64,000 nucleotides of DNA from Eledone cirrhosa. Its lineage: Eukaryota. Shown here in pieces: positions 38,134-51,812 of this stretch. The notes under the pieces are model-generated. The model searched no databases and was not told the origin of the DNA. It saw only the letters and a list, made by a program, of their open reading frames with translations. Each line of letters begins with the position of its first letter. The stretch's first letter is position 1. Where the stretch lies: assembly GCA_964016885.1 (NCBI GenBank), contig OZ024740.1:404984001-405048000 (forward strand), in the 5' to 3' direction. Both the position numbers and the translations under genes were made by a program.

Positions 38134-41027
38134 TTAACCCTTTAGCATTTAAACCAGCCATATCCGGCCAGAATTCTCTCACTTCTTTTTGTTTAAACAG
38201 GCTCAAAATAAACATCAAAATCTCAGATTCTATATTATGTGAGATAATTCATCATCATCATCATCATCACCGTTTTACGTCCGTTCTTCCACGCTAGCAT
38301 GGGTTAGACGGGTTGTCCTGTTGTGGGCAGTGTCTGGTCGGCTGACCATGCCTTGCTCATACAGGAACTGATCTGGCTTGATTTCTACAGCTGGATGCCC
38401 TTCCTAACACCAACCTCATTTACAGTGAGTGCTGGGTGTTTTTTCGTGGCGCCTACACGTCCACTTTACAGTGTGGGCTGGGTGCTTTTTTGCCGTGGCA
38501 CCTCCACGACCACCTTGGGGTGTGGGGGCATATTGTCTATATGCTTCAGCTTGTACCCATGGGAGGTCGGGTACTCTGTATTACTGCGTGATGCCGGATG
38601 TGGGGCATATTGTCTATATGCTTCAGCTTGTACCCATGGGAGGTCGGGTACTCTGTATTACTGCGTGACGCCAGAAGTCACGGTCATGTGTCATTGCCTT
38701 TGAGAGGTGTAATTGGGTAAGGTCGGCTTTTATCACCTCATCCCAGGTCATCTGGGGTCTCCCCACTCCGTGGTTTCCATCAACTTATAGTGCTCTGCAC
38801 CTTTTTATGCAGCTGTCATCCTTCATATGCATCACATGTCCATACAAGCGCAACCGCCTCTCCTGCACACAGCATTTGATTCCTCTTATGCTCAGTCTCT
38901 CTCTCAATTCATTTATGCTTTGTCGTTCACGTATATTACTGTTACACATCCATCGGAGCATGCAGGCTTCGTTTCTTTCTAATCTACGTAAGTCTTCCAC
39001 CTTCAGCGCCCAGGTCTCACTACCATGCAACATTGCTGTTCGGATACACGCATCATACAGTCTGCCTTTCATTCTGAGGGAGAAGCCTTTTGCAGCTAGC
39101 AGTGGTAGTAGTTCCCTAAACTTCTTCCATCCCGTTCTTACCCTAGTTATTGTACTTTCTGAACACCCACCTCCACTGCTAATTCGGTCACCTAGGTAGC
39201 AGAAGCTGTCTACTGTTTCTACAGAGCCCTCCCAGAGATTGGTGGTACTTGTTTCCTGTGGCTGTTTGCTGCTTGCTGTCTCAGCACAGCTGCTGCATGT
39301 GAATCCTACATTCTTAATTAAGCTTCCTGAGATCCCGCTACATCTCTTGTGTACCCATTGTTTGCATTTGGGGCAGAGAATGGAGTTCCTACCTACACCT
39401 TTCCTACATACTGAGCAAGGCCATTTCCCTGAGGGGCTCTGGGTTCTGTTTTCTCGTCTACTTACAAGGACCTTAGTCTTTGTCATGTTGACTTTAAGAC
39501 CCTTTCTTTCTAGTCCCTGCTTCCAAGTTTGGAATTTATTCTCTAGTTCTACCATAGATTCAGCTATGAGTGCGAGGTCATCAGCATACAGGAGTTCCCA
39601 TGGGCATCCGGTCTTAAACTCCTCCGTTATTGCCTGCAGGACTATGATGAACAGGAGGGGGCTAAGAACAGAGCCCTGGTGGACTCCAACCTGTACGCTA
39701 AATTCCTCGCTATACTCATTGCTAATCCTAACTTTGCTGACTGCTCCCCTATACATGGCTTGTACCGCTTTCACAAGCCATTCATCTACTCCTAGTTTTC
39801 TAAGAGCCCACCAGATTACAGCACGTGGAACTCTGTCAAAGGCTTTCTCAAGGTCGACAAATGCCAAGTAGAGTGGCTTACTTTTAGCTAGGTACTTTTC
39901 CTGTAATTGCCTCACAAGGAAGAGGGCATCAGTGGTGCCTCTTTCTGGTACAAACCCAAATTGCATCTCGTCTATTTTCACCCGGTCCCTAATCAACTGT
40001 GCTATAACTCTTTCTGTTACTTTCATGACCTGGTCCATCAACTTTATACCTCTATAGTTTCCTCTATCTAGTGCATCGCCTTTACCTTTGTAGTAGTTGA
40101 CAATGATGCTACTGCACCAATCTTTTGGTATGACACCTTCTAGTATTACCTGGTTAACAATACGTGTGGTTATAGTGTGACCTACAGACCCAGATGCCTT
40201 CAGCATCTCGGCAGCTATACCCGATGGACCGGTTGCCTTCCCCATCTTCATATCTTTGATTGCCTTACTTACTACGCTGCTGCTGACTTGTACTGCTGGC
40301 CCCTCTATAGGGTCTACTTGGGGTAGGGTCTCTTCTTCCCATGCATTCTCCTCATTTAGTAATCTATCATAATGACTCTTCCATGCATCTTTCTTCTCAG
40401 CACTTGAGGGCAAGCTCACCTTTATCATTCCGGATACACTTCTCTCCAATGACATCACAACTATCTCTGACACACTGCCTTGCAATCTTGAATACCTCCT
40501 GTTTCTGGTCCTCACGTTGCAAAACATGCTTGAATTTTCTATCCTCTGCTTCCCTCCTAGCTAAGTATACTTGTCGCCTAGCTTCCCTCTTGGTCTCTAT
40601 GTAATGTACCCTGCTCCCCCCATTCTTCCATTCTTTCCATGCCTGTCTCTTGGCCTTAACTGCTTCATCTACCTTATTGTTCCACCACCAAGTCACTCTC
40701 CTCCTGCTTGAGGTCTTACTTCAGCCACAGACCTCATCCGTCGCCTCTAGTAAATTATTTTTTAGGAACTCCCAGTTCTCTTCTACATTAAATGTCTCTA
40801 TCTGTTTTTCTTTACTGTCGTAGGTGTTGAGTAAAATATTTTAAAATCTGTTACTGGTTGAGGGGAGTTTCAGCTTCCAGATCTTTCTTCTCCAGGTTGG
40901 CCTCTGTTTCCGGGTTCGTCTAGCTCTGACCGTGAGGTCGCTGACAACTAAGCTATGTATAATTATTTGCGATAAAGCTTTGCTGTGTAATACAACAGTA
41001 TATATAATGTAAATGCTAAAGAGTTAA
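38134..41027 (+). mobile_element. TTAA MITE family A split by RTE-B (38134-38249 and 40959-41027)
   Basis: Left TIR at 38134, right TIR aaatgctaaagagttaa ending 41027; the halves rejoin at the duplicated ataatt. Confidence 0.88.
38250..40958 (-). mobile_element. Long 5'-truncated RTE-clade LINE family B (end of APE, RT, PHD-like insert, 3' UTR)
   Basis: ORFs 40397..40696 and 38785..40527 (NYRGIKL, QFGF, YADD); frameshifts and a premature TAA at 38785; (CAT)n tail; TSD ataatt at 38244-38249 and 40959-40964. Confidence 0.95.
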
Positions 41028-42102
41028 AAAGAACTCAATGATGAGCATGAAACCTTTTATTGAGTCCGCAAAGATGAACTTTGATTTAGCAGGGAAAATA
41101 TCCTTAAACATTGCTGCTATTGCAATATATGTTAACTCCAGCTACAAAGTCCTTTGTTAAATCTGTTAAAAGTCTTCAGTTCTTTTAAGACTGCATCCAG
41201 CCATTTCACTTTATATTTCCCTTGGCATAACTGTCATATTTACAGTTAATAACTTAAAGGTCTTTTACTGTAATACATTTGATAAATTACTGAGGAAAAT
41301 CTACTTTGATCACTCTTTTGATATACATTTAACAGGATGCTTAACTGTCTTCTATGAACCTTACTTGAAATAGTTGTTTGGTTCCAATTCAGCCCTGACC
41401 AAGCACATCTTTATTCAAAGGTATTTCAACTATGACTATTTAGGTCTGTTATCTAATGGGCCTTTCCTTTCTTTTATAACATATGGGTGTAATTTGAGGG
41501 ATTTTTGGCTGCTGTCTCTAGCAGGTCAAGGGAATATATGTCCATTATTATCACACACATAGAATAATGATAGCAATGCAGTGAGGCACAATATTAGGTC
41601 AGGGCAGAAGTTATGCAATTGTGTGGGTGATGGGTAAATTTTGCAATTTATAACTGTAACTGAATTTCTTAAATCTGCATATATTTATGTGTATATTTGG
41701 TGTATGAGTGCATGTATTGCAATGGGTGTTAGTAGAGAGCTAACCAATCGTTTATATAAACTGGAGAGTTGGAAATATACTAGTATTTTAAGTCAGCTAG
41801 GGTTAAGTTTTCAGGCCCCAAGATGGATTTAATCATACTCTTTTTGAAGTAATACTTTATAGCTAGATTTCCTTTTTGTCACCTCTTACATGTATGGTGT
41901 GAGTTTGAATTATGTGTTGTAATAATTTTGTAATATTATTGAATAAATCATACTTGAAATAGCATTATCTAATAAGTTAAACATCATAACAGGTAGATGA
42001 ATTTTATTTTTTTCGTAAGTCTTTTATTTTATAGAAATCATACCAAAAACAGACTATAAGCAAAATGCATTCATCTGACTGGTCTGGCCTGAGTGAACCT
42101 GG

Positions 42103-42307
42103 TTAACCCTTTAGCATTTACATTACTCTATGTATATTTTTGTGGTAAAGGCTTTATCTCATGTATTATTTAATCAAAGAGATTTTGATATTACTTTTGA
42201 GAACAATACCTTAACATAAGTATGAGTGGCTGGTTACGGCTGGTTTGAACTGAAAGAGATGAGAGAATTCTGGCTGGATACAGCTGGTTTAAATGTTAAA
42301 GGGTTAA
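42103..42307 (-). mobile_element. TTAA-flanked MITE family A
   Basis: ttaa-ccctttagcattta ... taaatgttaaaggg-ttaa. Confidence 0.9.
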
Positions 42308-43366
42308 TCTATGCAAGCCTGGAAAATAGATGTTAAACAGTGATGATGATCTTTAAAAAACAAAGCCTCTTTAGTAATTGGTGTAAATATAAGGCAGCTG
42401 GATTAGATTATTTCAAAAAACATTGAAATACCTCCAGACATTAAATATCGATTCATTTTAGTATTAAGAGAGGGGTGCATTTGGTGCAGATGAAATTATA
42501 TCAATGTTGATACTCTGCTGTATCAAATTCTGATTCCCTTGTAACAATTAGTGATTATGTTGCTGCAACAGTCATTGGGTATGGCCCCGGCCTGTCTTAT
42601 CTGATTGACTATGGTTGACTAGTTCAACTTCTACTTCCCTGATGCTTTCAACATCTTGGTGACTATCTCAGTTGGACCCATGACTTTACCAATTTTCATC
42701 TCCTTGATTGTTTCTTTGGCCCTATATGTCAATTCCAATAGCTGCCCCCCCCCCCCCCCCCCGTTGGATCAGCTGGGGGGGGGGGGATCTTCCTCTCATA
42801 TCCTTATTTACTCTGATACACTGCTTTGCAGTATGGAACACCTCACGTTTCTGATCTCCACATCACAAGTCATTGGTGTACATGCGCGCACACACACACA
42901 CCACACACACCACACACAACACACACAACACACACACACCACACACAACACACACACACACAACACACACACACACGTGTGCATGCACTTTTACTACTCA
43001 TTGCGGCCAACAAGCTTTCACCTCTTCAATGCCAGTAAAATGTATACTGACTCCTATTAAGATGGAGATAGCCATTTATATGAATAAGCCCTGTGAGGTT
43101 AGTAGGGAAAATGGCCATAAACACTTATTGTATTTTTGTAGCAGACCTTGAGTAGAGCTTGATCTCTTATTTCATTGCTGCAGGGCAATATAATAGTTTT
43201 TATTTAAATTCTGGTTTTTAACTAACAAAACTGAAATAAAATCAATCTAAACCTGTAAATTAACACTTTCATTACCATGTTTTTCATGCAAGTTACAACC
43301 TATAATTTTCAAATCATTCTGAAATTAAAGAATTTCTAGAATTTAGGTATCTATTTTATTACCTGG

Positions 43367-43590
43367 TGTCGACAGTCGATCGACTTTCGTTTAATCGGAC
43401 CAAGGAAATAATGTCTCCATTGGTCTTTCCAATTGCTAATACTATCTATCGGTCGCAACTCCAGGTAGAAGGAGCAACGTGAAATACAGTGTCTTGCTCA
43501 AGGACATAACACATCGCCTGGTCCAGGAATGGAACTCAACCACACGATTGCGAATCCAGTTCTCTAACCAATCAGCCACGCGCCTTCACA
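43367..43590 (-). mobile_element. tRNA-headed SINE with 9-bp TSD, inserted in an older TTAA MITE (family B, ~43260-43738)
   Basis: Reverse strand: tggctgattgg (A box), gagttccattcc (B box), ccttgagcaagacact core. TSD attacctgg at 43358-43366 and 43591-43599. Confidence 0.8.
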
Positions 43591-44117
43591 ATTACCTGGG
43601 GTTTGGAACATAATTTAACAAGGGTTCTTAAATAAAATTATAATGGAAGGTTTTTGAATAAAATATAACCATTTTAAAACAAATATTTTTGTATCATGGA
43701 ACTAGGAACAGCTTCTGATAGTTTATCAATAGGGTTTAGAGGAGGTCAATCACTTCTGGAATAGAATGTACACAAATGTTTCTCCTCAGAAGACATCGTA
43801 CTTATTGAAGTTGATGGACTGAAGGAGATTATCATGGCTATAGATAGAGATATAAGTCAGTAGTGACACCTTTTTATTCACTTGGCTATTTTACTTCACA
43901 AGAAATCTTGTTGGAATGGAGCGGGCTCTTTAACTATGTAAAGATTTTCTCTGGTTCTCTTACACTAACCCTTGTTCCTTATTGAAGTAACTTAAGTTTT
44001 TCTAGTTGGAAAATTTATATCAGTCAAGCAGACAACAAATACTAAAATTTGATATTTCTGCAATAGGGTAAATACTAAAACCATCATGATGCGGTATACA
44101 TGGTGATGCCCCCTGCA

Positions 44118-44464
44118 ATTTCATTTCATCATTTCATTTCATTTTACGTCTACTTTTCCCTGCTTGCAAGGGTGGGACGGGAACTGATTCTGGCTTGATT
44201 TCTACAGCTGGATGCCCTTCCTAACACCAACCTCATTTACAGTGAGTGCTGGGTGCTTTTTTGCCGTGGCACCTCCACGACCACTTTGCAGTGGAATGAT
44301 ATGGACCCCAGTCCCTATCATCTCATTTCTACAGCTGAGTAAACTGGAGCAATGTGAAATAAAGTGTCTTGCTCAAGGAAACAACACATCACCCGGTCTG
44401 AGAATTGAACTCACAACCTTTCGATTGCAAGGCCAATGCTCTAACCACTAAGCCATGTGCCTCC
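44118..44464 (-). mobile_element. Young tRNA-headed SINE with RTE-B-derived 3' end
   Basis: Near-identical reverse complement of 56574-56916; (CATTT)n tail. Confidence 0.92.
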
Positions 44465-44544
44465 ATCAATGTAGAAAACTATGGTTCAAAACCATTCAGT
44501 GACTTAGATGTAATTTTAGAAATCTGTTTAGAAAAGCAGACTGT

Positions 44545-44790
44545 TTAACTCTTTTGGTACCAACCAGCCTGAAACTGCCACCTGGTTTTCCAATGAAAAA
44601 CTGTTAATTTTAAAGTGTTCTTGTTTAAATTTAAATCTTCCATCATAATTCTTTGCAAGAACCTTTTCTTAAGATATATTCTTGGCACCAATTTAATAAG
44701 TTATAAATATTACTAAGTTCCCCCAAAGTTTTGATTATTTTGAAAATCAGACAGTATATTACATTAGAAACATGGCAATGAAAAAGTTAA
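44545..44790 (+). mobile_element. Older TTAA MITE family B
   Basis: ttaactcttttggtaccaa...catggcaatgaaaaagttaa; related copies at ~32003, 45277, 51552, 52619 and 57556. Confidence 0.7.
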
Positions 44791-45276
44791 TTATGGTTGG
44801 TTTGCAATATATGTTTGTTCTGCAAAAGTCTACTATTAGCTTGGATATGTTTAGTTGAATGTTTCTTTATCCCTGTTTCAATGGTATACATCTGAACTTA
44901 TCTTACACCACCTACTGAGACAACCAGCTAGCCAATCACGGCAATACCAGCATGCAAACATGGAAAATAGATGGTAAACAATGATGATGATGATGATGCA
45001 TAGAAATCAAATGGTGATGATGATAAACAACAAAAATCTTATTTATTAAATCCGTTTTTGTTTCCTGATGTTTCTTTGGCTATGTTTATTTGTTTGTATT
45101 TTCTGTTTTGGAGAATAAATTTATATTAATTTGAATTTTGCTATAGGTTTTTAAAAAATATTTCTATATTCTGAGATTATTTTCCCCTCTGCTGTTTGTC
45201 AATATTAAAAATAAATTGTAAATATTATTTATACAATTTTGCTGCGATAACTCCAATATTTAGCTTAATATTTTGT

Positions 45277-45502
45277 TAACCCTTTTGATACCAAACTGCC
45301 TGAAACTGCCCTTGATTTATGATATAAAACTATTTGTTTTAAAGTGTTTATATTTATCTAAAATACTTTTATGTGATAACCTTTAAGTTATGCTCCACAT
45401 ATTAACTTAATGAGTTATAGTGCCAAATTTCTCTAAATTCTTGATTACTTTGAAAATTATTTGAAAATAGGCTTTCATAGAAATTTGTTAACAAAAGGTT
45501 AA
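45277..45502 (+). mobile_element. Older TTAA MITE family B
   Basis: ttaacccttttgataccaa...aacaaaaggttaa. Confidence 0.72.
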
Positions 45503-46599
45503 ACCATTTTTTTTCTTCCCTAATATAATTCTTTGGCTACATTTATATTTATCTTCTATTTTGAAGAATAAATTTATATTAATTTAAATTCTGATATAGG
45601 TTTAAAAAATACATTTTTCTAGATCCTGAGATTATACTCCCCCTCCCCATGTTGTTTTTCAATATTAAAAACAAATTAAGAATATTATTTACGCGATTTC
45701 AGTGAAAAAAGTTCAATATTTAAATTTGTATTTTAATGTTTGGTTGTGCTAACTTGCATAAATATTTCAATAAACATTGATGTTGGAAATATTTCTTTTC
45801 TTTTGTATTTAATTAAAATATTTGTCAACAGGAGCTTAACTAGAAACAAATATATGTATATAGCTGGCAATCAGAATTTCAATAAACTAAATATATTTTT
45901 TATCAGCTATTGAAATCATTATTTAACTTAATCACATGTATAAACATATACACTTAAGTCTGTGTACTTCTTTTATATGTGCATGCTTTTGTTAACTGCA
46001 GTTAATTAATATACATATATCTATGCTGTATATTTACACATGTATGGTTGAGTTTGTTTACCAGATTGGGCAACACATTGTGTTCTTGAACAAGACACTT
46101 TTTTCATGGTTGCTTTAGTCCACACAACTGGCAAAAGTGAGTTGTATCTGTAATTCAATGGACAAGACTTGTTACATATTATGCTGAATCTTTCTGAGAA
46201 TTATATTAAGGATGCATGTGTGTATGGAATGCTCAGCCACTTTCACGTTAATTTCAAGAGTAGGCAGTTCCATTGATTGAATCAAATTGGAGCATTTGTC
46301 ATTGTAAATGTCAGGTCAAACAATATTCCTACATGAATTCTTCACAATGTCTTATAATATATAACTGGTGTTTCATATATGGAACACTGGGATTAGGTGC
46401 ATTTCTTACCTCTCGTGAGAAAGTCCTATTTAAGTGTTTTGGGACTATTGATCTCTTGAAGGTCAAGACTAACCAGAGCTTAGCTGAAATGTGCATCATG
46501 TGGCCTGTTAATGTGAGCCTTGCTCTGAATTCCATTAAGCTGTCACTAGTTATGAAAAATAACTAGGCTTGAGGGAAGCTGTATAGAGCCCCTTAATGC

Positions 46600-48500
46600 A
46601 ATAAATAAATACATGGTGAAGGGAACATGTTCTAATTTTCACTAATCCATACACCAGTCCAGAGCAAATGACCAAGCTATTGTACAGAAGCAATTACTGT
46701 AGATGCCACCAGCAGAAGCTTGATGGTATTTTTGCTGGAACAATTGTGGGATTGATTCATGTATCATAGTTAGTCGGAGAATCTTCTAGACAGCAGGAGT
46801 TACAAGAAAGAAAGAAATGGCAAACCACATCTTTATTTTGCTAAGGATATTTTATGGATATAAAAAGTTCTGTTAAAAGAATTGATATGGAGTTGAATGA
46901 TGGGACCTCCAAACTAAGTACCAATATATCTGCTGGAACAAAACACCAAATCACAATTGATAGTTCTGAAATTGGTGAAACCAGTAGGCTTTCTCAGAGC
47001 TTAACTGTAACCTCAAGTTCTCAAGGAAGTCTTACTGATGTAATCAAAGTCAAAAAGAGATATTTTCATGTTATAAATGTGCATACAACTGGAACATAAA
47101 GAGTAAGAACAATATATCAAGAAAAATTAAATATTATGAAAGCATAAATTAATAAAGGTTGAGACCCTGGAGAGTAAATGAACTAAATTGCATATGATTG
47201 CCAAAAATACTTCACAGAAAAATGGGACACAATTGTAAAACAAACTTGAGAATGACAGAATCTTAGTGAGATTACAGGGAGGATCCATGCATCTTACAAT
47301 CATTTACATCTATCTCATCTTGCTTTAGTACACAAGGAAGATTTCTTGAATCAATGCAAGCAAATGATAATGTACCAAGAGGGAATGGTCTTTTATGAAA
47401 AACTTCAATGCAAATGTTGGACAGAAGATAGGATTAAATTCTGCTGGAAAATATGGATTAGAACAAAGAAATGAACCTTGAGATAGGCTTATTGAGTTCT
47501 AGTCTCAAAATATGATCCTCTATATCTCTTTTGAACAACTAAGACATAGTTATCTCCTGTTGAGCAATGTCTTAATTAAATTGATTACAATAAGAGATGG
47601 AGGAGTGCAGTACAGGTTGCTAAAACTATCTTGGAGTTTTCTGATCATCAACTACTCCTTTCTATGATCAAATTAAAATTACAGAAGGTAGAACTATTGG
47701 AAAAATAAAAGAAAAAGAAAGGCCTGTGAGGTATAATCTGGAATTACCAGAAATTTATGCTGTGGAAGTGAAGCAACAATTTTCAACATTAATAACCTTG
47801 ACAGATATGCTGAAGAGATTTAGCAAGAAATGAAAGACAGTATTTAAAAGGAAAGAAAACCATCTTACAAGAAGCAAATGGATTTTAGCAGCAATGATAC
47901 AAATTACAGAACGGTGACAGGCTAAAGAAATGGGCGATATTAACGAATTCAGAAGACTAACTAGTAAATTCTGCGTGAGTAGCATAAAAATAGATAGAAA
48001 TTATTTGAAGATGGAATGTAAAATAGCTGAAAAACATTGGAAAGCAACACACAAGTGTTTTAAAGCCATTTTTCCTTGCACTGTGAGTGCTATGACTAAC
48101 TGTACTTTCTGAGGCAATGTTTTATGACCAGATACCTTTCCTGATACTAAACCTTATAGTCATCTCTTATAACACTGGTGTATTTTGAGGTAACAAAAAA
48201 AAAAAAAGTCTCATGTTCAGATGATATCACTAACTACTTCCAATAGTTTAATGGGAATGTCATTAGATTACTTTAAAAAACTTTAAAATATTTGGAAGAC
48301 AAAGCAATAGCTGAAAGTCAGACAGAAGTCAATATATATCACCATTTCAAAGAAATGTGATATGTAAGAATGCTATAATTATAGGACAATTACCCCCATA
48401 GACAATACAAGTAAAATTGTTCTGAAAATTATTCAAAATTGGTTTCAACCAGTTTCAGAAAGGGAATTAACTATAGAACAAATTGGTTTCAGGAAGAAAG
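46600..48500 (+). mobile_element. Decayed BovB-like RTE LINE (5' UTR, APE, start of RT)
   Basis: gaaatggcaaaccac 5' motif (~46815); GT*.VRT; FNA.VG; RWRS.VQ..KT...SDHQLL; EC.NYRTI...SKIVLKIIQ remnants with many stops and deletions. Confidence 0.65.
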
Positions 48501-48925
48501 GGAAGAAGAGATCAATTGCAAACCTAAGTTGTATAAAGATGGTGAATTGGCAGTATATGTTCTAGCTCCCTTTGTTCTGAGTTCAAAACCTACAGAAGTC
48601 AACTTTGCCTTTCATCCTTTCGAGGTTGATAAAGGAAAAAAGTACTTGTCCAGTATTGGCATTAATTCTTCCTCTATATATCTCTTTCTCACTTTTTCCT
48701 TCTATGGAAGAAATTGATTGTGTTCAGACCTGGAGATGGGATGGGATCCACCAAGTTTAAAATGCCTAAGACATACTATATAATTTATTTATTTCCTGCT
48801 CTGTAAAACAACTGATGTTTTTACATTGAGCTATTTCTCTTACTGGTAATAAGGTAGTAGGAAATTACTGACCTTCCTGTTTATAGTTGTTTATACTATA
48901 TACATAACTATAAATAGTATTATTC

Positions 48926-49112
48926 GGTGAATTTGCAGTATTGGTAGAGGGTCTGATGCCATGCTTTCCAGCATAGTTACGTCCCTTTACGGTCTGAGTT
49001 AAAATCCTGCCACGGTTAACTTTGCCTTTCATCCTTACGGAGTCGATAAAATAAAGTACCAGTAATGTACTGGGTAATTGCTGCCCTTGTGCCAAAAGTA
49101 GAAACAATTATT
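48926..49112 (+). mobile_element. tRNA-headed SINE with Nin/Deu-like central domain
   Basis: gagttaaaatcc B box, then ggttaactttgcctttcatcctt..gagtcgataaaataaagtacc. Related copies at ~26780, 29485, 48540 and 51310. Confidence 0.75.
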
Positions 49113-51309
49113 AAAAAATACTATATGTCACTATGGTACCCCAATGACACTGTCAGATGTCACAGGTCCATAAAAAGATGTATAAAGGAATGCTCCAAGG
49201 AGGTACACATCTGCTCCATTCAATATAGAAAAACTTTCATTGACAGAAAGATGGAATAACATCCCTTAATCAGCTCTGCGTGCGTGCGCACGCATGTGTG
49301 TGTGAGTGAGATATGAAAAATTCATCATTTAACATCAGCTTTCTCTGCAAGCAGGGGTTGGATGGGTTGTCAGTTGACCAGGCTGGTACTCAAAGTGGAG
49401 GAACTGACAGCCACAGTGAGCTAGAAGTCTGCATCTCATATGTTCCTGCATTTCACATGTTTCTGCATTCTACTGTGTTCTCAGATGAGCCAGTGACCTC
49501 CAACTTGCACTTAGTGCACAGGATTGTATATAAGCATTTCATCATAACACCATTAAAGAAGCTGTCATGTCTTTGACACAGCTGAAAAGTTGCCCAATCC
49601 TTCATTTGGCAAGTTTTCTATGACTGGATATCCTTCCTATCACCAACCATGTTACATTAGTGATAGATTATCCATGAGGTTGTCAGAAGTGGAATATAAC
49701 TGGATACAAGAGTGAGAGTGTATTGTTGGCACTACACCTTAGTCTATTTGTAAGCTGTTAATTCTGTACATATTCTTTACTATAACTAGGCACTATTAGT
49801 GTTCTAATAACACCTAGAATGAGATTTTCTTCTTTATTTTGCCCCAAACGTAATTCATATCCTAAGTTTAGTTTTAACTGAAATCGATAAATCTAGTAGT
49901 GGTTTCTTACTTTTCTATAAACTTCTAACAACTTAACTACACTTGGATCTGACAGACATATCTTTGTACACCGATACTGTTTATATCGAGCTTTTCATGG
50001 TGTAGTGTGTCAATTATATTGTTTTCTTTTGATAAACCAGTTGGCAAGCCTAATTACAAAATGGAACCCAATCGTTAAACACCAACACTTTTCCTTTTAG
50101 CATAAATTATTTTATATTCTCTCGCCTTTTTCCTTTGTTTTCTTTCTTCTCTCCTTATTCCTCTTCTCTATTTCTTTTATTCTTTGTAATACTGCCCTAT
50201 CCCGACATTTGTTCTTTAGGGTTGTGTCAATATGTAATAACTTAAGAGCAATTGAATATTTCGAGAGGAAAGAGTCTTTTAGTGAAGAGAATGAGGGAAG
50301 AAGTAGAAGAAAATAATAAGATGGAAACCAGTTTCTATTGATTTATCTAACACTAAGATATGCTTTACTTTCAGCTTGCAAAGCTTTCTATTCACAATTC
50401 GGATTCTTACCTTCAACTACTTCAATATTTATCACTTTAAATCATTTATTTGCTTTGCAATAGTATTTATTGTGCTTATTGTATCAAAGACTTTTCTTTA
50501 CATGTTTTCTGTTTTATAATATAAGTATTATCATTAGTTCTTTTACCTATAGTGGCTGATATTCTTTGTGTTGCTACAGTTTGGTTTCTCGGGAATACTG
50601 TCTTATTCTATTTAACATCAGTAGCCTTACAACTAGTGTTTAGGTTAACATTAGTTTGAATTAAAGCTAAGAATTTGTTAGGATCAGTTTTCAGACTGTT
50701 TTTAGACTGGAACAATACAAAGGAGGAAATACATTCAATGGAAATTGACTTGACATGAAAGCTTTTCTCAATTGTAAATTTATTACAGAGCAATGATATC
50801 TATTACTTTATAATAGATTCAGGCTGCTGCTTTGTACCTTTTGATGTTTGTGTGACTAAGCATATATTTGTGATTGAATAAATTATATTTCTGTAACTAT
50901 TATTTGTTGTGATATTATTTTAATTGACACAATGTTATAAGAAAAATATTAGCATAGACAAGTGTAGTAAGCAGACAGCAATGTTGACTGTTAAAATGTT
51001 TTATAGTAGTTACATATATATACAAATGGAAGAGTGAGGCTCTGACTACTGATGAACTTAAGACACTTCTTTATCAAAATAGTTGTAGTCAACTTTAACT
51101 CTCATCCACTCTGTAAAATAAATACTGAAATTGATTTGATCAATTATAGAACTTGAACTGATGAAAGTTAACCTTGTCTCATCAAAAGAAATTGATATAT
51201 ACAAAATAGATCTTGAAATTGATACTACTTAATATGCTCATTGAATATATTGAAGTGTATTCAATGTTTAAACCATCTAAATGCTTAAAACAATTAATTG
51301 GACTTTAGA

Positions 51310-51501
51310 ATAATTGTTTCTACTTTTGGCACAAGGCTAGCAATTTCCCCAGGGTGTTACTAGTACTTTATTTTATCGACCCCATAAGGATGAAAGGCAA
51401 AGTTAACCTCGGCGGGATTTGAACTCAGATCATAAAGGGCCATAACTCTTTGCTACAAAGCATGGCATCCGACTCTCTACCGATACTGCCAATCCACCAC
51501 C
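51310..51501 (-). mobile_element. tRNA-headed SINE with Nin/Deu-like central domain
   Basis: Reverse complement of the 48926 family; flanked by the duplicated tttagaataat. Confidence 0.8.
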
Positions 51502-51603
51502 TTTTAGAATAATATTGGTTTTACAGACTCAATTATTTGTCCATAAGACATTTAACCCATTTGATTTTAATCTGTCCTTGATTCTATTATAGAAGTGTTT
51601 GTT

Positions 51604-51812
51604 TTAACCCTTTAGCATTTAAACAGGCCATATCCGGCCAGAATTCTCTCACCTCTTTCTGTTCAAACCAGCTGTAACTGGTCACTCATACTGATGTTAA
51701 GGTATTGTTCTCAAAATAAATAATATCAAAATCTCATAGATTCGATATTATGTGAGATAATTATGTAAGATAAAACCTTTACCCTGAAAATATGTAAATG
51801 CTAAAGGGTTAA
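51604..51812 (+). mobile_element. TTAA-flanked MITE family A nested in a family-B MITE (~51552-51978)
   Basis: Both TIRs and TTAA are present; the flanks rejoin as gttttaaaatgttt, as in family B. Confidence 0.9.

Noticed and set aside
42735-42790. Poly-C/poly-G tracts as a G-quadruplex regulatory element
   Set aside because: Likely a small MITE remnant or homopolymer expansion; no supporting context.
35986-46483. Putative minus-strand three-exon gene (~46410-46483, ~37873-37941, ~35986-36132) with plausible splice sites and compatible phases
   Set aside because: The middle 'exon' overlaps an old dispersed repeat also seen at ~19550 and ~41400. The last reads RKRARPPKR*..I.EDL in another frame, i.e. 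an RTE C-terminal relic. No recognisable protein results. Only RNA-seq could rescue it as exonisation.
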